Origin: Octopus bimaculoides
Taxonomy: Eukaryota
Assembly (NCBI RefSeq): GCF_001194135.2
Contig: NC_068983.1
Coordinates: forward strand, 131,785,011-131,849,010
DNA length: 64,000 nt
Reading direction: 5' to 3'
Positions 37,550 through 49,639 of the stretch are shown piece by piece. The translations under genes and the position numbers were made by a program. The notes beneath the pieces are model-generated. The model had not been told where the DNA came from. It worked only from the letters and a program-made list of their open reading frames with translations, and did not search any database. Each line of letters begins with the position of its first letter. The stretch's first letter is position 1.

Positions 37550-38495
37550 GTGAAAACGGTTTCACCCGTTACTTCCATATTTGTGATGCATGAATACATT
37601 AGTTTTAATAGGAGACTTCAGAGAGACATCACTAGTCATTCCGAGTCGGACAAGATCTGATGAAATTAAAACGTGCATTAAGTCTTCACACCTACGGAAT
37701 AAAGTACTGAAATTCTCCTTCAATACTAATGTACGACCGTTATTACACGGGGAGCAATATGCAAAAGAGTTTTCAGCCTGGCTTTCCAATTAGGAAATGG
37801 GAAAGCACCATTTGATGGAAATGATGATATCAGTTTGGCTCATATTGCTATCATGGTGAATCCCCACCTGAATTGAAGAACATGTTATTTCAAGACTTAA
37901 GTAATAATTATAATTCACATAAATGGTTGTGTAAAAGAGCATTTCGTGCTCCCAATAATGAAACACTAGGAGCAATTAACCATGAATTAATGATTAGGAT
38001 TCCAACAGCCATTAAAAGTACAAATCAGTTGATTCAATCCTTGATGAAAATCAAGCTGTCCATTACCCAACAAAGTTCCTTGATTCTCTTGAGCTAAATG
38101 GAACTCCTCTATATAAACTTTTCTGAAGGGTGGAGTCCCAATAATGCTTCTAAGAAATTTGGATCATCCTAAATTATGCAATGGGACAAGGGTGATTGTG
38201 AAGACATTAACATCTAATGTGACAGAAGCTACCATCACCAATGGATCTGCTTCTAGGTAAAAAGTTTGTATTCCAAGTTTTCCAATCAAACCAACAGACA
38301 TGTCATTTGAATTCAAACTAACACAACTCCCAGTGCAACTTTGATTTGAAATGTCTATTAAAGCTCAAGGTCAGTCTTCGAAATCTACTGTCTTGCTTTT
38401 CTCATGGTTACCTTCATGCTGGGAATTTGAAAGACTTATTTGTCTATGCTCTAAACAAGAAAACAAAGAATGTTGTTTACTAAGAAGTTCTTTAT
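37550..38495 (+). mobile_element. Helitron helicase C-terminal fragment
   Basis: LIGDFRETSLVIPSRTRSDEIKTCIKSSHL, YPTKFLDSLELNG, VPIMLLRNLDHPKLCNGTR, KAQGQS, KTKNVVY*EVL*. Confidence 0.92.
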
Positions 38496-38562
38496 AATTT
38501 CATTCAACGTATGTGGTAAAATTTATCTCTTTCACAAAAGTGGTAAATTTCGTATTTTCGTT

Positions 38563-38603
38563 TTATTATTATTATTATTATCATTATTATTATTATTATT
38601 ATT

Positions 38604-38648
<45 letters not shown>

Positions 38649-38650
38649 AT
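38563..38650. repeat. (TTA)n(TTG)n microsatellite
   Basis: Read directly. Confidence 0.97.
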
Positions 38651-38715
38651 TCAGTAGTTTTATTTTTATAGCGTGCGTTCACTTCACTACCGATCGCAGC
38701 TCTGTGTGCCTTGGG
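38651..38715 (-). mobile_element. Probable extreme 3' tip of an R4/Dong-like LINE
   Basis: Minus strand CCCAAGGCACACAGAGCTGCGATCGGTAGTGAAGTGAACGCACGCTATAAAAATAAAACTACTGAATAA runs into (CAA)/(TAA)n. The family call rests on memory of this tail type. Confidence 0.45.
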
Positions 38716-38773
38716 AACCCGGAACCATGTGATTGATAAGCAGGCTACTTACTACACAGCCACTCCTGCGCCC
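38712..38773 (-). mobile_element. SINE family A tRNA-like head only
   Basis: GAACCCGGAACCATGTG..ACACAGCCACTCCTGCGCC. Confidence 0.8.
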
Positions 38774-39423
38774 ATATATGTGTATATATGTATAGAGAGA
38801 GAGCGACTATATATATATATATATANNNNNNNNNNNNNNNNNNNNNNNNNNNNNNNNNNNNNNNNNNNNNNNNNNNNNNNNNNNNNNNNNNNNNNNNNNN
38901 NNNNNNNNNNNNNNNNNNNNNNNNNNNNNNNNNNNNNNNNNNNNNNNNNNNNNNNNNNNNNNNNNNNNNNNNNNNNNNNNNNNNNNNNNNNNNNNNNNNN
39001 NNNNNNNNNNNNNNNNNNNNNNNNNNNNNNNNNNNNNNNNNNNNNNNNNNNNNNNNNNNNNNNNNNNNNNNNNNNNNNNNNNNNNNNNNNNNNNNNNNNN
39101 NNNNNNNNNNNNNNNNNNNNNNNNNNNNNNNNNNNNNNNNNNNNNNNNNNNNNNNNNNNNNNNNNNNNNNNNNNNNNNNNNNNNNNNNNNNNNNNNNNNN
39201 NNNNNNNNNNNNNNNNNNNNNNNNNNNNNNNNNNGTGTCTGGGGAGAGGCATGCTCTTTTTTGTGCCTTATAATTTAACACATTTACCGGTAAAATTTCC
39301 ATTTATTTCTTATTTTTATTTTCCTAAAATTTTCGTTGCGTCTTGCAGCCTTTTCAATAGTCTTGGCTGTGTCCGTTATTTACACTGCGTTCCTTTTTGT
39401 TTGTCTGTGCACATGTGTTTGGT

Positions 39424-39463
<40 letters not shown>

Positions 39464-39608
39464 CTATGCATGCATGTATGTATGTATTACGCATATGTGT
39501 GTACGTATATGTATGTGTGTGCATATGTATATATGTATTTATATGTGTGCATCTGTATGTATGTATTCTGCATACTCATGTGCTTGCATGTCCGTGTTTG
39601 CCTATTTT

Positions 39609-39663
<55 letters not shown>

Positions 39664-39804
39664 TTGTGTGTGTGTGTTTGTTTGTATATGTATGCACCTC
39701 TGTCCCTTTATGTGTGCATGTCTGAGCGTGTGTGTTTGTGTGTTTTGCAACTATGTACTGTGTTTGTATGTATGGATGTGCATCTCCATATGTGTTAAGT
39801 ATCA

Positions 39805-40486
39805 CCGGTTGTCGTAAAGAATCCACTTTCCACCGCAAGTCACAATCCCGTCGAGAAACCGGTCGTTCTAGTTGCGTAAAAGAAGGGAAAACGCCACTTC
39901 AAAACGGCGTTTTTCTTTTTTTTTTTTGGCTGTCGTTGAATTCGTGCGGCATCCATTTCTCAAGTATCTTTGTTTTTCCAATCTCTTTCAAGTAGTTGGA
40001 AATTGTATACGTTACGTTTAATTCAGAAGCAAGCTCTCGAACAGTTGTGTGTGGATTTGCTTCCACTAAGGCTCTTAGTTGATCGTTGTCAACATCCGAT
40101 GGTCGACCACTACGCTTATCATCTTCAAGACTATCATCACCGCTACGAAATTTCTTGAACTACCATATTGCTGTACATTCATTAGTGGTTCCTGGGTCAA
40201 ACGCATCGTTGATATCACGAGCTGTTTCAGCAGCTTTTGGGCCTAGCTTGAACTGGAATAAGAAAATTGTGCAAATTTACTATTTGTCCATGTTGTATTC
40301 AATGTTCCGGAAAAAATGGCCTAATTATTCAAAAAGAAAAAAGAAAGAGTAACATGATTAGATAGAGCGAAAAATGGGCTTTAAAATGATATATAAAGTC
40401 AAAGTAATTCATGGAAAATTAATTTGAAAATACATCATTTAAAACTAAAATTCAAAATTTCGCAAGAACTTTCTTGACAGCCGAAT
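39805..40486 (-). mobile_element. Mariner 5' half (Hsmar1/cecropia-like), same TIR family as the MITE at 10320
   Basis: FLFQFKLGPKAAETARDINDAF..FKKFRSGDDSLEDDKRSGRP..ANPHTTVRELA..WMPHE..IVTC.GKWILYDN. TIR remnant ATTCGGCTGTCAAGAAAGTTCTTGCG. Confidence 0.9.
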
Positions 40487-40607
40487 GGTTCACACTAGAT
40501 ATGAAACCAATGTTTTTTTTTCTAAACTAATATGTTGCACATACAAAAATAAACTGCTCTATAGTTTATAGGGTATGCTCTTCTCCTGATTTATGGTACT
40601 GTAACGA

Positions 40608-40652
<45 letters not shown>

Positions 40653-41739
40653 NNNNNNNNNNNNNNNNNNNNNNNNNNNNNNNNNNNNNNNNNNNNNNNN
40701 NNNNNNNNNNNNNNNNNNNNNNNNNNNNNNNNNNNNNNNNNNNNNNNNNNNNNNNNNNNNNNNNNNNNNNNNNNNNNNNNNNNNNNNNNNNNNNNNNNNN
40801 NNNNNNNNNNNNNNNNNNNNNNNNNNNNNNNNNNNNNNNNNNNNNNNNNNNNNNNNNNNNNNNNNNNNNNNNNNNNNNNNNNNNNNNNNNNNNNNNNNNN
40901 NNNNNNNNNNNNNNNNNNNNNNNNNNNNNNNNNNNNNNNNNNNNNNNNNNNNNNNNNNNNNNNNNNNNNNNNNNNNNNNNNNNNNNNNNNNNNNNNNNNN
41001 NNNNNNNNNNNNNNNNNNNNNNNNNNNNNNNNNNNNNNNNNNNNNNNNNNNNAATATTCATGCATTCACTGCGGAATAGATTTTAACGTTTAATGATAAA
41101 GAATATTTATTCGTTGCTGGCGTTTTTATTTGCAACAGCCTCTCGTTCTCGCTCGCCTCTATTTTCATTAATGATAATTTAACAATAGCTATATAACTTT
41201 GATACGAGGCGCAATTTCAAGAGTATTATGTTCCCGAAGTTTGTTAAATGAATATTTTTGATAAAATGAAAATTCTTTAATATACCGGTATATATATATA
41301 TTTTTTAATGAAGAAGTGATTTCGTTGGTATGGCTACTTGGAACGCTATAAGCCTGACAATAATGACTTTGTGATCGCTGCTATTTCTTGCACGCTAAAC
41401 AAGATAGTTTTTAACGAGCTTTCACTTACACGATTTTTTTTCATTTCATATTTATTTTCATTCAATGTTTGCAATTTTCTCTCTCCCTTCCTCTCTCTTC
41501 CTCACACAAATACACTCACACTTTCTCTCCAGGTTTGATTTTGTTATTATACAAATATCACATTTGAATTTTGCAATTCAACATGGGGCGTCCAAAAAGT
41601 ATGCGACTGAAAAAGAAAATTTAGCAGTAAAGACACAACAGCAGAGAGAAAGACGGGCAACTGAATCAGATGAAACAGATGTCTGAATATGCACGGAGAC
41701 GTAGACATGATTCTGTTTCTGTTACACATGACTGACTGG

Positions 41740-42155
41740 TTAGGGTATCTTGAGAGGAGAATATTATACTTTAAATTAATGGCGTCAGATCAGAAATTGT
41801 TGATGTAATACTAAAGAGATATTTTCTTTGGGATCATGTAGAAGTAGTGGAGTTGAAAGCCAATCTAAGACTTCTTACAGAAGCTCATTCTGATGAAAGA
41901 GAGTTTGCTAATTACCGTCTTGACTTCTTGATGTAGGAAATAATAACATCTCTGTTGAACAAAGCCTAGATAAATTCAAAATCAAACTACCCAATGACCT
42001 TTGCCTTGAACGTGCTACTCGCTCAGATCTATGTAATTTTATATATGCTGACCTCACAAATAACTTCACAAACCCTGTGAGGCTTGCAAATAGAACGATT
42101 ACTACTCCAACAAATGAAGCAACACAGTTTGTGAATGATTTTCTGTTGACCATGT
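41740..42155 (+). mobile_element. Second Helitron helicase fragment
   Basis: GVRSEIVDVILKRYFLWDHVEVVELKANLRLL..EFANY; LDVGN..IKLPNDLCL..LANRTITTPTNEATQFVNDFLL. Confidence 0.8.
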
Positions 42156-42849
42156 GATTGATTTCCTTTACGTCGTTATCTAAAGATTAGCACGTGAATT
42201 TCATTGCTATGGCTATTTGATACGCTATAGGCATTAAAATATCTCTATGTGATCGTTGATATTTTTGGCTCATCAAACGTAGTTGGACTACATTGATACT
42301 TGTTTAAAAAAGAGAGTTTATGACTGTAATAAAATAATTAAATCAATATTTACTTAGCAAGTGAGCACTATAACACGAGAAAATAATTACACTTAAAATA
42401 TCATAAAAAATATTAGAATTGGGAATCAAATGTAGAAATATTACAAGGTGACTTGTAGAAAACCGCCGGGAGGGCGGTCTTACTGCTAGTAATAAATAAT
42501 AGATAGTAAATACAAATGACATAGAATTGTCTGGATTCTTACTCATAATATAATTATAAAAATCCTATGTTTGTGGCTAAGAATCTCCTCAGTGTAATTT
42601 TTTTATTTATGCGGATTCACAGATTCATGAATAGACTGAATTTAAATAACATACGTATTTGGCATTGGTATCAAAGGTATTCAGTAGTATCAATATCAGA
42701 CGCCTAGGGAATACAACCGTCAGGTACAATTTCAGAACAAGAAGAATCACATCCTTAACATACACTCAGACACATTCAACCGCGCACCCCCCACACACAG
42801 ATATCTATATACTCTTGATTTTTTTGATGATTCTATTCTTGATGATTCT

Positions 42850-43700
42850 ATTCCGGTAGGAATTTTATGATAAGGTTTTAAACTCTGTTTTGTAAACCTG
42901 ACAAAAGTAAGTAGTTGGGCATTGTTATCGAGTTTCTCCTTTTGGCCACTCCATTATCATCTCGTTTTTCTTCAAAGACGCCTAGATTTTCCTACCGTCC
43001 CCAAAAGGACAGTATCTCTCGGTGTCGGAAGCACTGATTTAGATAAATAAGAGTGATTAGAAGATTTTGTCAACACTGACAAAGCAAACCTTTTGCTATG
43101 TCATAACTGTGCTAATATTTCTCTACGAAGAATTTCATACTTTATTTGGGTTTCCTTTGAGACAAATACTGTTTACATTGCTACTCCTGGAAAAATATCG
43201 ATAGAAGATTACGCCTCAAGAGAACAAATAGTCTTAAGTATTCAGATTCTGCTTATTTACAACATGATGTCATGTGAAGAAAGTGACTCAATTTGAAGCA
43301 GTGAACGATATTAGAGCCACGATATTAGAATACTTGCTAGCAAAGTCATTAATGCATGTTGCTCTATCAAGATGTGTTAAGCATTGGTTAGTTTGTTGTA
43401 ATCTATCAAGAGTCATATGACTCAGAATAGTTAACGTAACTAAGTGAATTAACGATGTGTTAAATCCAAAGGAACCCTTAAGAGAATCCTCAAAAGCTAT
43501 TCCTAATTTGGTGCAATAATAGGGTCTCAAGAGTATAAGTGATGTTTAAACACAGGAAAAAATCAAGTGTTTCGTTATATGAGAAGTACAATGTGTGATA
43601 TGGTTGCTGTGTGCAGAAGAGAAGAACAGAAGATAATATTGCATGCGAACATGAAATACTGAGCGTCAAGGGAAAAATGAATTCTAATGAGGAAGAAAAC
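42850..43700 (-). mobile_element. piggyBac transposase remnant
   Basis: Frameshifted minus translation: AFEDSLKGSFGFN (helix before RFD-like), SID, KQYLSQRKPK*SMKFFV, TVLLGTVGKSRR, DNNAQLLTF, in the expected order. Confidence 0.55.
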
Positions 43701-44650
43701 GGTATAGAAACAAGAGAAAATGGAAGGAAATATAGTATAATATAAAAATATACGGCATAAGAACGAAACATATAGTATATACTGACTTAAATGCATCATG
43801 GTTTAGATAAAAGCAAAAACATGTTATATAACTTAGATTCTGTAAAAAGCATCCTGTAAAAATATACGTGCTTGTGCGCAGCGCGCGCGTGCGTGCGTGT
43901 GTATATGTGTATGTGAAGGAGTATGTATAGGTCTGTCTGTTACCGTGTATGTATGTATGTTTGTATGTATATAAAAGAATGATTGTAAAAAAGACACTGA
44001 CAACATCGTAAAGGGTAGAAGTAATCTAAGAATTGATTTATATCTCATCTGGTGTACAGTAACGTCAGTGGTGACAGTTTTCCAATGACAGTAGGTCTAC
44101 TTTACTATATTTCTGAGAGGAGAGGGAAATAGAAGTACTCCTGCCTTTGTGTAGAATCAAATATCACTGAGGATTTCCTGTGAACTGGTTTTTAAATTTT
44201 ATTCATCTTGGTATCCTTCACCAGGCGAAAGATGTGTGCGCTTATACACTTACATATACAAATACACACATACATGCAATCGCACACATATTCATACATA
44301 AACATATATATTGTACACACACATATATTTCACGCGCACATACTTAGGTATGAATATATGTACATATTACATTAGTATGTATAACTTCTCTAGCCAATAT
44401 TCAAGGCACAGCAAAAAATTGCAGTGCAGTATATAATTGTTTGATGAACTACTCTAGCAAAAATGATAATATTAAGTAATAATAATAAATAAATAAACAA
44501 CAAGAGATAAAACAGTATTGGAATTGCGGATAACATTTACACGAATCCATCAATGCGAATAAGTTAGATTCAGTTTTAGACAATATCTGCCAAAAATAAA
44601 ATAGAATTTATGGATATAAATTGTTTCAGTGAAAGAAAATGATCCAAGCA

Positions 44651-44681
<31 letters not shown>

Positions 44682-45099
44682 NNNNNNNNNNNNNNNNNNN
44701 NNNNNNNNNNNNNNNNNNNNNNNNNNNNNNNNNNNNNNNNNNNNNNNNNNNNNNNNNNNNNNNNNNNNNNNNNAGAGGGGGAGAGAGAGAGAGAGAAATA
44801 ATGGATAATGAAAAATAGGGTATACAGGAAAATATCCATGAATTGTGTTTAGGCAGGGAAAGAAACAGGTAAAGAAAGAAAGAAAGAAAGTATGTATAGC
44901 GATGTGAAGAACTCCTCGGTAAGCCACTGTTGGGTATATTCCAAACACGGAACTTACATGACTTCGCAGGCTAACAAGCACATGCTAACCTCGTATGTTT
45001 TAATGTTCCATTACCTGCTGTCGAGAAAATTAATGTGATGACGACTATAAAGATGCTGTTGATGATAATGACGATATTGACATTAATAATAATGCGTTC

Positions 45100-45335
45100 T
45101 GCTATAGGTACAAGGCCTGAAATTTTAGAGGAGAAAGATAGTGATTATATCGATTCTAGTGCTTAATTAGTACTTATTTCATCGACCCCAGTGATCAACT
45201 GGTACTTATTTCACCGACCCCGAAATGAGGAAAGGTAAAGTCGACCTCGGCAGGACTTGAATTCAGAACGTAAAGACGGACGAAATGCCGCTAAACAGTT
45301 TGTCCGGCATGATAACCGTTCTGCCAGCTAGCAGG
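45100..45335 (-). mobile_element. SINE family B with an internal tandem duplication of about 34 bp
   Basis: Near-consensus copy; GTACTTATTTCA(T/C)CGACCCC occurs twice. Confidence 0.9.
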
Positions 45336-45409
45336 CTTATCAGTAACATAAAAAACAACGACGACTACGATTATGATAATGGTGGTGCTTTTTTTTGCTA
45401 AAGGGTTGC

Positions 45410-46105
45410 TAAATGAGGTTGACTTTACATAATCTCGAGGTTGACTTCCTCATAGTCACCAGATGGAGGAAAACCGTTTGACTAACCTTATTACAGGAAA
45501 GCAATAGCACTCGAAAGCAATAGGAAAGCAATAGAACCTTATTAAAGGAAAGCAATAGAACTCGAAAGCAATANNNNNNNNNNAGGAAAGCAATAGAACT
45601 CGAAAGCAATAGGAAAGCAATAGAACCTTATTAAAGGAAAGCAATAGAACTCGAAAGGCTAGCCAGCTTCTTTCTACATGTACCCCTCACGCAGTGCTGC
45701 AAAACTCCTTCAGTCAGCAATGAACGGTTTCATCACTCTACGCATCTCGAAAATTTTTGCGTAGCTGAACTATCGTAACCAGAGATTTCATCTCAGACCA
45801 CTAGTGCTTCTCGGTGACACTAGCAGGCTACGATTTCTGGAAACGATACAAAATAGTCTGCACAGCAAAAGTCCTTCGTAATGCATCCTCACTTCTTCAT
45901 CGACGCCATCTTTTACCAAAAATTAGAGTTCATTATACCGCTTAAGTGGAACTTCTATCAACCGCATTGGCCGGTGGTAGTAACGGCTCCGTGGCATTCC
46001 AGGTGCTAGGTACCCAGTTTTGGTAATTGTTGACATAAGACTGCAGCTTCGCCAACGGGTCGAACCTAGGGGTCGTAAAGTGTATATATTACAGTGCCTG
46101 ATTCT
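45410..46105 (-). mobile_element. Possible RTE-like AP-endonuclease remnant, interrupted by a minisatellite
   Basis: RIRHCNIYTLRPLG (xIGTWNVRTL-like), KFHLSG, GVDEEVRMHYEG (DEVKDxFYE-like), across frameshifts. Confidence 0.4.
45495..45657. repeat. Higher-order minisatellite, 27 bp + 24 bp units built on GAAAGCAATAG
   Basis: AGGAAAGCAATAGAACTCGAAAGCAAT alternates with AGGAAAGCAATAGAACCTTATTAA; a 10-N gap lies inside. Confidence 0.95.
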
Positions 46106-46112
46106 CTTTGTA

Positions 46113-46790
46113 CAGGATGGGGCAGCGAGGACTGACATTTTTGAAAAAAAAAACACTAAATCATTAATTTTAATTACAAGCAATTTTTATTGACATCAAC
46201 GTGTTCATATTGGATTAGCATTTGTCAAAATGGAAACAACATCCGTCATGTGGTGTCCGTATACATTGATGCATTTCTGAAGGCGTTATTGGAGGTTGGC
46301 CTCCACTCTCTCCAGCATTGCTCTGCCGATTTGCGTGACTCTCACGCGAATAGTTTCCCTCAAATAATCCAATATTTGGGGCTTATGCGCATACACACGC
46401 GCCTTGAGGTTTCCCCACTAGAAATAATCACACATGGACAAATCAGTGGACCGAGGGGGGGGGCCAAGGAATATCAGCAAACCGGAAAATGAGGTGGTCA
46501 CTGAAAAGAGTGCGAAGGACGTCCATTGATGGTCTGGCTGAAACCACACACGTCGAATACTCATACGTTGTTTATCATCTCGAGGTAACGTTCGGAGTTC
46601 ACAGTAGCAGTATTTTCCATTATTGTCTTCAGAAAATTAAGGACTACTGACGGCGCTTTTCCAACAACACAACAAACCGCCACTTTTAGGCTATGCAGTG
46701 TTCTTTCATGCAGTTCTTACGGATTTTCAAGAACCCAATAATCACCGACTGACTTGTTTGCAACTAGTACAGTTCACAGTTATCCCAGCA
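46113..46790 (-). mobile_element. IS630-Tc1-mariner element of maT/rosa type (DD37D/DD41D-like), 3' half
   Basis: TA-CAGGATGGGGCAG.. terminus at 46113. Minus translation: ENP*ELHERTLHSLKVAV, TVNSERYLEM, WPP.(R)SPDLSMCDYF*WGNLKARVY, RLQKCINVYGHHM. Confidence 0.8.
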
Positions 46791-48140
46791 GAAAAACCCT
46801 ATTTGAATACAATTTAATGTATGTTTATCAAAATAAGAAATATCAAAAATCTCCGAACACAAACACTAAAGTAACCTGAAGTGGATACTCAAGTATTCCA
46901 AAGCGTTCTCTTCGCAAATTATAAAAAGAAAATACAATGCTTTCATTAAATGCAGTGTGGTAAATGCATATCTTCCACGAAGCTATGTTTGAACACGTCC
47001 ACTCAATATGAAATATACCACCACCACCAGCAACAACAACGATGGTGCTGACGATGACGTTAACAATGATGACCATGATCGTAGAAACGGATTAAAAGGA
47101 AGAACAATAGAGTACAAGAGCAATGAGGTAATATTTCTCGATTAGACATAAAATATTTCAGTTCTCTAATACAAGTAGAGTTAAGTGCTTAGCCATAGGA
47201 TATAACAGAACGTTAAGCAATAACATATTAAAGATATATAAGCACTCATAATGGATTGTGTTGAAAAATTGAAGAGCACTGAAAATAATTTTCCCCTTAA
47301 GGAAATATTGCATTTCGAAATCAATAAAATTGTGTACATATTGGTCGCATTTTCGCTTGTCTATTTCGAATGATTATATTCATTTTTGTTTTTAGTCTTC
47401 TTTTTAGTATGAATGCATTTTCTGCATTTAAGCCTGTGACATTTTAACAGCCATCGTTGTAAATATCTTCACTCCTTCCACACCTGCTAGAAAATGTTTC
47501 AACATAAAAAACGAATACCAGTTTAATTTCAAGGTAATATATGTGATATGAGTTTCATTTGCGATATAAATTAAGCTGTCAATTTCAAACAGTATTATAA
47601 TTTTAAGTAGCCATATTTATAAACAAAATTTAAATAAATCCTTTATCTAGAACTGGAGAGCTAATGTGATATAGTTATTGTTTTGACTACATCCAGAAAT
47701 TGTAGATGCACGGCGCAAACACTCTCTAATTGTTCCTGTGAGAATAAATCATGTGACTAAAACCTTATATCTTCCTGGGCTGATAACACTCCAGAGAAAC
47801 TTTTGTTTTCCCTAAATTTCAATGTAGTAAAGTCCGTTAAGTTTCCTTTTACTCATAGATCCGACAACAATGACCGATATCCGAACAATCCACTTAAATA
47901 GAACGCCAGTCTTTAGCAAGATATTCATTTAGATACAGCATATCAGCCTTCGCTCCAACATCTATTTCCGGATTATCCCCACAATAATTACTTTACACGG
48001 ATTTTTACACGGATATTTACTACTGGAATGAAACTACACTTCAAGTACCGTTCTCTTTTTTTCAGCGCATCACACTCTTTACCACTTCATACTAAAAATA
48101 TCCGCCTATGGATATAATAATAGATTCCTTTATTTGTTCT

Positions 48141-48190
48141 GTCTCCGATGAAGGGAAGTACTGAATCTCCCCAGAAACAGCTGTTTAGAC
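48141..48190 (+). ncRNA. Minimal type-I hammerhead ribozyme motif (PLE pLTR-type), with point defects
   Basis: GTCT-CCGATGA-A-GGGA-AGTACTGAATC-TCCC-CA-GAAA-CAGCTG-TTT-AGAC. Stem I is GTCT/AGAC, stem II is GGGA/TCCC, and CAGCTG is a palindrome in the stem III position. Confidence 0.72.
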
Positions 48191-48582
48191 TCTATCCATA
48201 AAATACTTCTCCAACCTTACCATTGCTCTCTTTATCTTTTTATTTTTATATATTTACATATACACACGCTAATACACGACTTATAATCCCCAATCCTGTT
48301 CATACAACGACTGGGGCAAAATAGTCGGTATACAACANNNNNNNNNNNNNNNNNNNNNNNNNNNNNNNNNNNNNNNNNNNNNNNNNNNNNNNNNNNNNNN
48401 NNNNNNNNNNNNNNNNNNNNNNNNNNNNNNNNNNNNNNNNNNNNNNNNNNNNNNNNNNNNNNNNNNNNNNNNNNNNNNNNNNNNNNNNNNNNNNNNNNNN
48501 NNGTTTGTTTTACACACACACATACACACACACACACACTATCTATATATATATATATGATTAAAGTTAAGAATAAATTGAT

Positions 48583-48807
48583 AGTTAGATGGAAACTGAA
48601 AGAAGCCCGTCGTATATATGTATATATATATATATATATATATAGTGTGTGTGTGTGTGTATGTGTGTGTGTCTTTGTGACTGTGTTTGTGTTTCCACCA
48701 TCGCTTCACAACCGATGTTGGTATGTTTACGTCCCTGTAAATTAGCTTCTAGGCAGTGCTCCACCATGGCTGCAGTAAACTGACTAAAACAAGTAAAAGA
48801 ATAAAAG
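48583..48807 (+). mobile_element. SINE family A, 3' half
   Basis: GGAAACTGAAAGAAGCCCGTCGTATAT..CCACCATCGCTT.ACAACCGATG..AAGTAAAAGAATAAAAG. Confidence 0.85.
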
Positions 48808-49639
48808 TATAAAACACTTCAAAGATTTTAAGAAAGCTGTTTCATACACAGTTACAAAGATTGTGTAGGTTGTAAAATGTGTCAAAGTGAACATTATAGA
48901 AAACATGCAAAGTGATAATCATGAGAAATATATCTTTAAAAATCTAGATATAAATATATAGTAACTGGGAAGTTATGACAATTATAAAATCACGAAACGG
49001 AACTTATGGGAATGGAATTATGAAAGTCATTAAAACATATGAAAAATAGTGTAAAACAATAGAAATTTGAGAATTTAAATTATACGGTAATGGTAATGAA
49101 TGAATTCCTACTGTGAGTACTCTACTAAAACCTAGAATATAACAATATAACTAACAGAATCGCCTATAAAAGTTAAACTGAGAGTTAATGGATGTTTGAT
49201 AAGGATTAATACTTGAGTAGGCGAGCACGCAAAATGGAAAATGAACAGAAACTGCGAAAGATAATACTAGTTTAACGAAATTCTATCGAAAAACATATTT
49301 GCGTCGGTGGGCATATGATTAATAATTCATTATGTTTATTATACTGTTTTTACACCCAAGGGTTGCTAATGTTTCTAATTATCATAGATTGCGTTCAACT
49401 TGACTACCCTCGTATTGGAAACTGTTCTAATCATGGACTAAGATACTGAATAGTCTGTATTGTTCATTTTGAAATTCTATATCAATTTGGTCATTGACAA
49501 TCTCTATAAGTAGAATTGCTTATAAAGGCACTTAAAATAATGGACATGGTTATATTATCCACGCTGAAATGAAATTACTATGGTTTCACAATGCGTGGAA
49601 ATAGAGCACATACTATTCTATAGACATTGCTAGTGAGTT

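Noticed and set aside
45495-45657. CRISPR-like repeat array
   Set aside because: There are no unique spacers or cas genes, and the context is eukaryotic; it is a minisatellite.
46080-46145. RCPILYKENQAL, apparent zinc-knuckle remnant on the minus strand
   Set aside because: The reading crosses the TA/TIR junction of the maT-like element, so it is a chimeric artefact.
46997-47128. Open frame MKYTTTTSNNNDGADDD..KSNE followed by GT
   Set aside because: It is a decayed trinucleotide repeat tract and has no supporting acceptor or homology.
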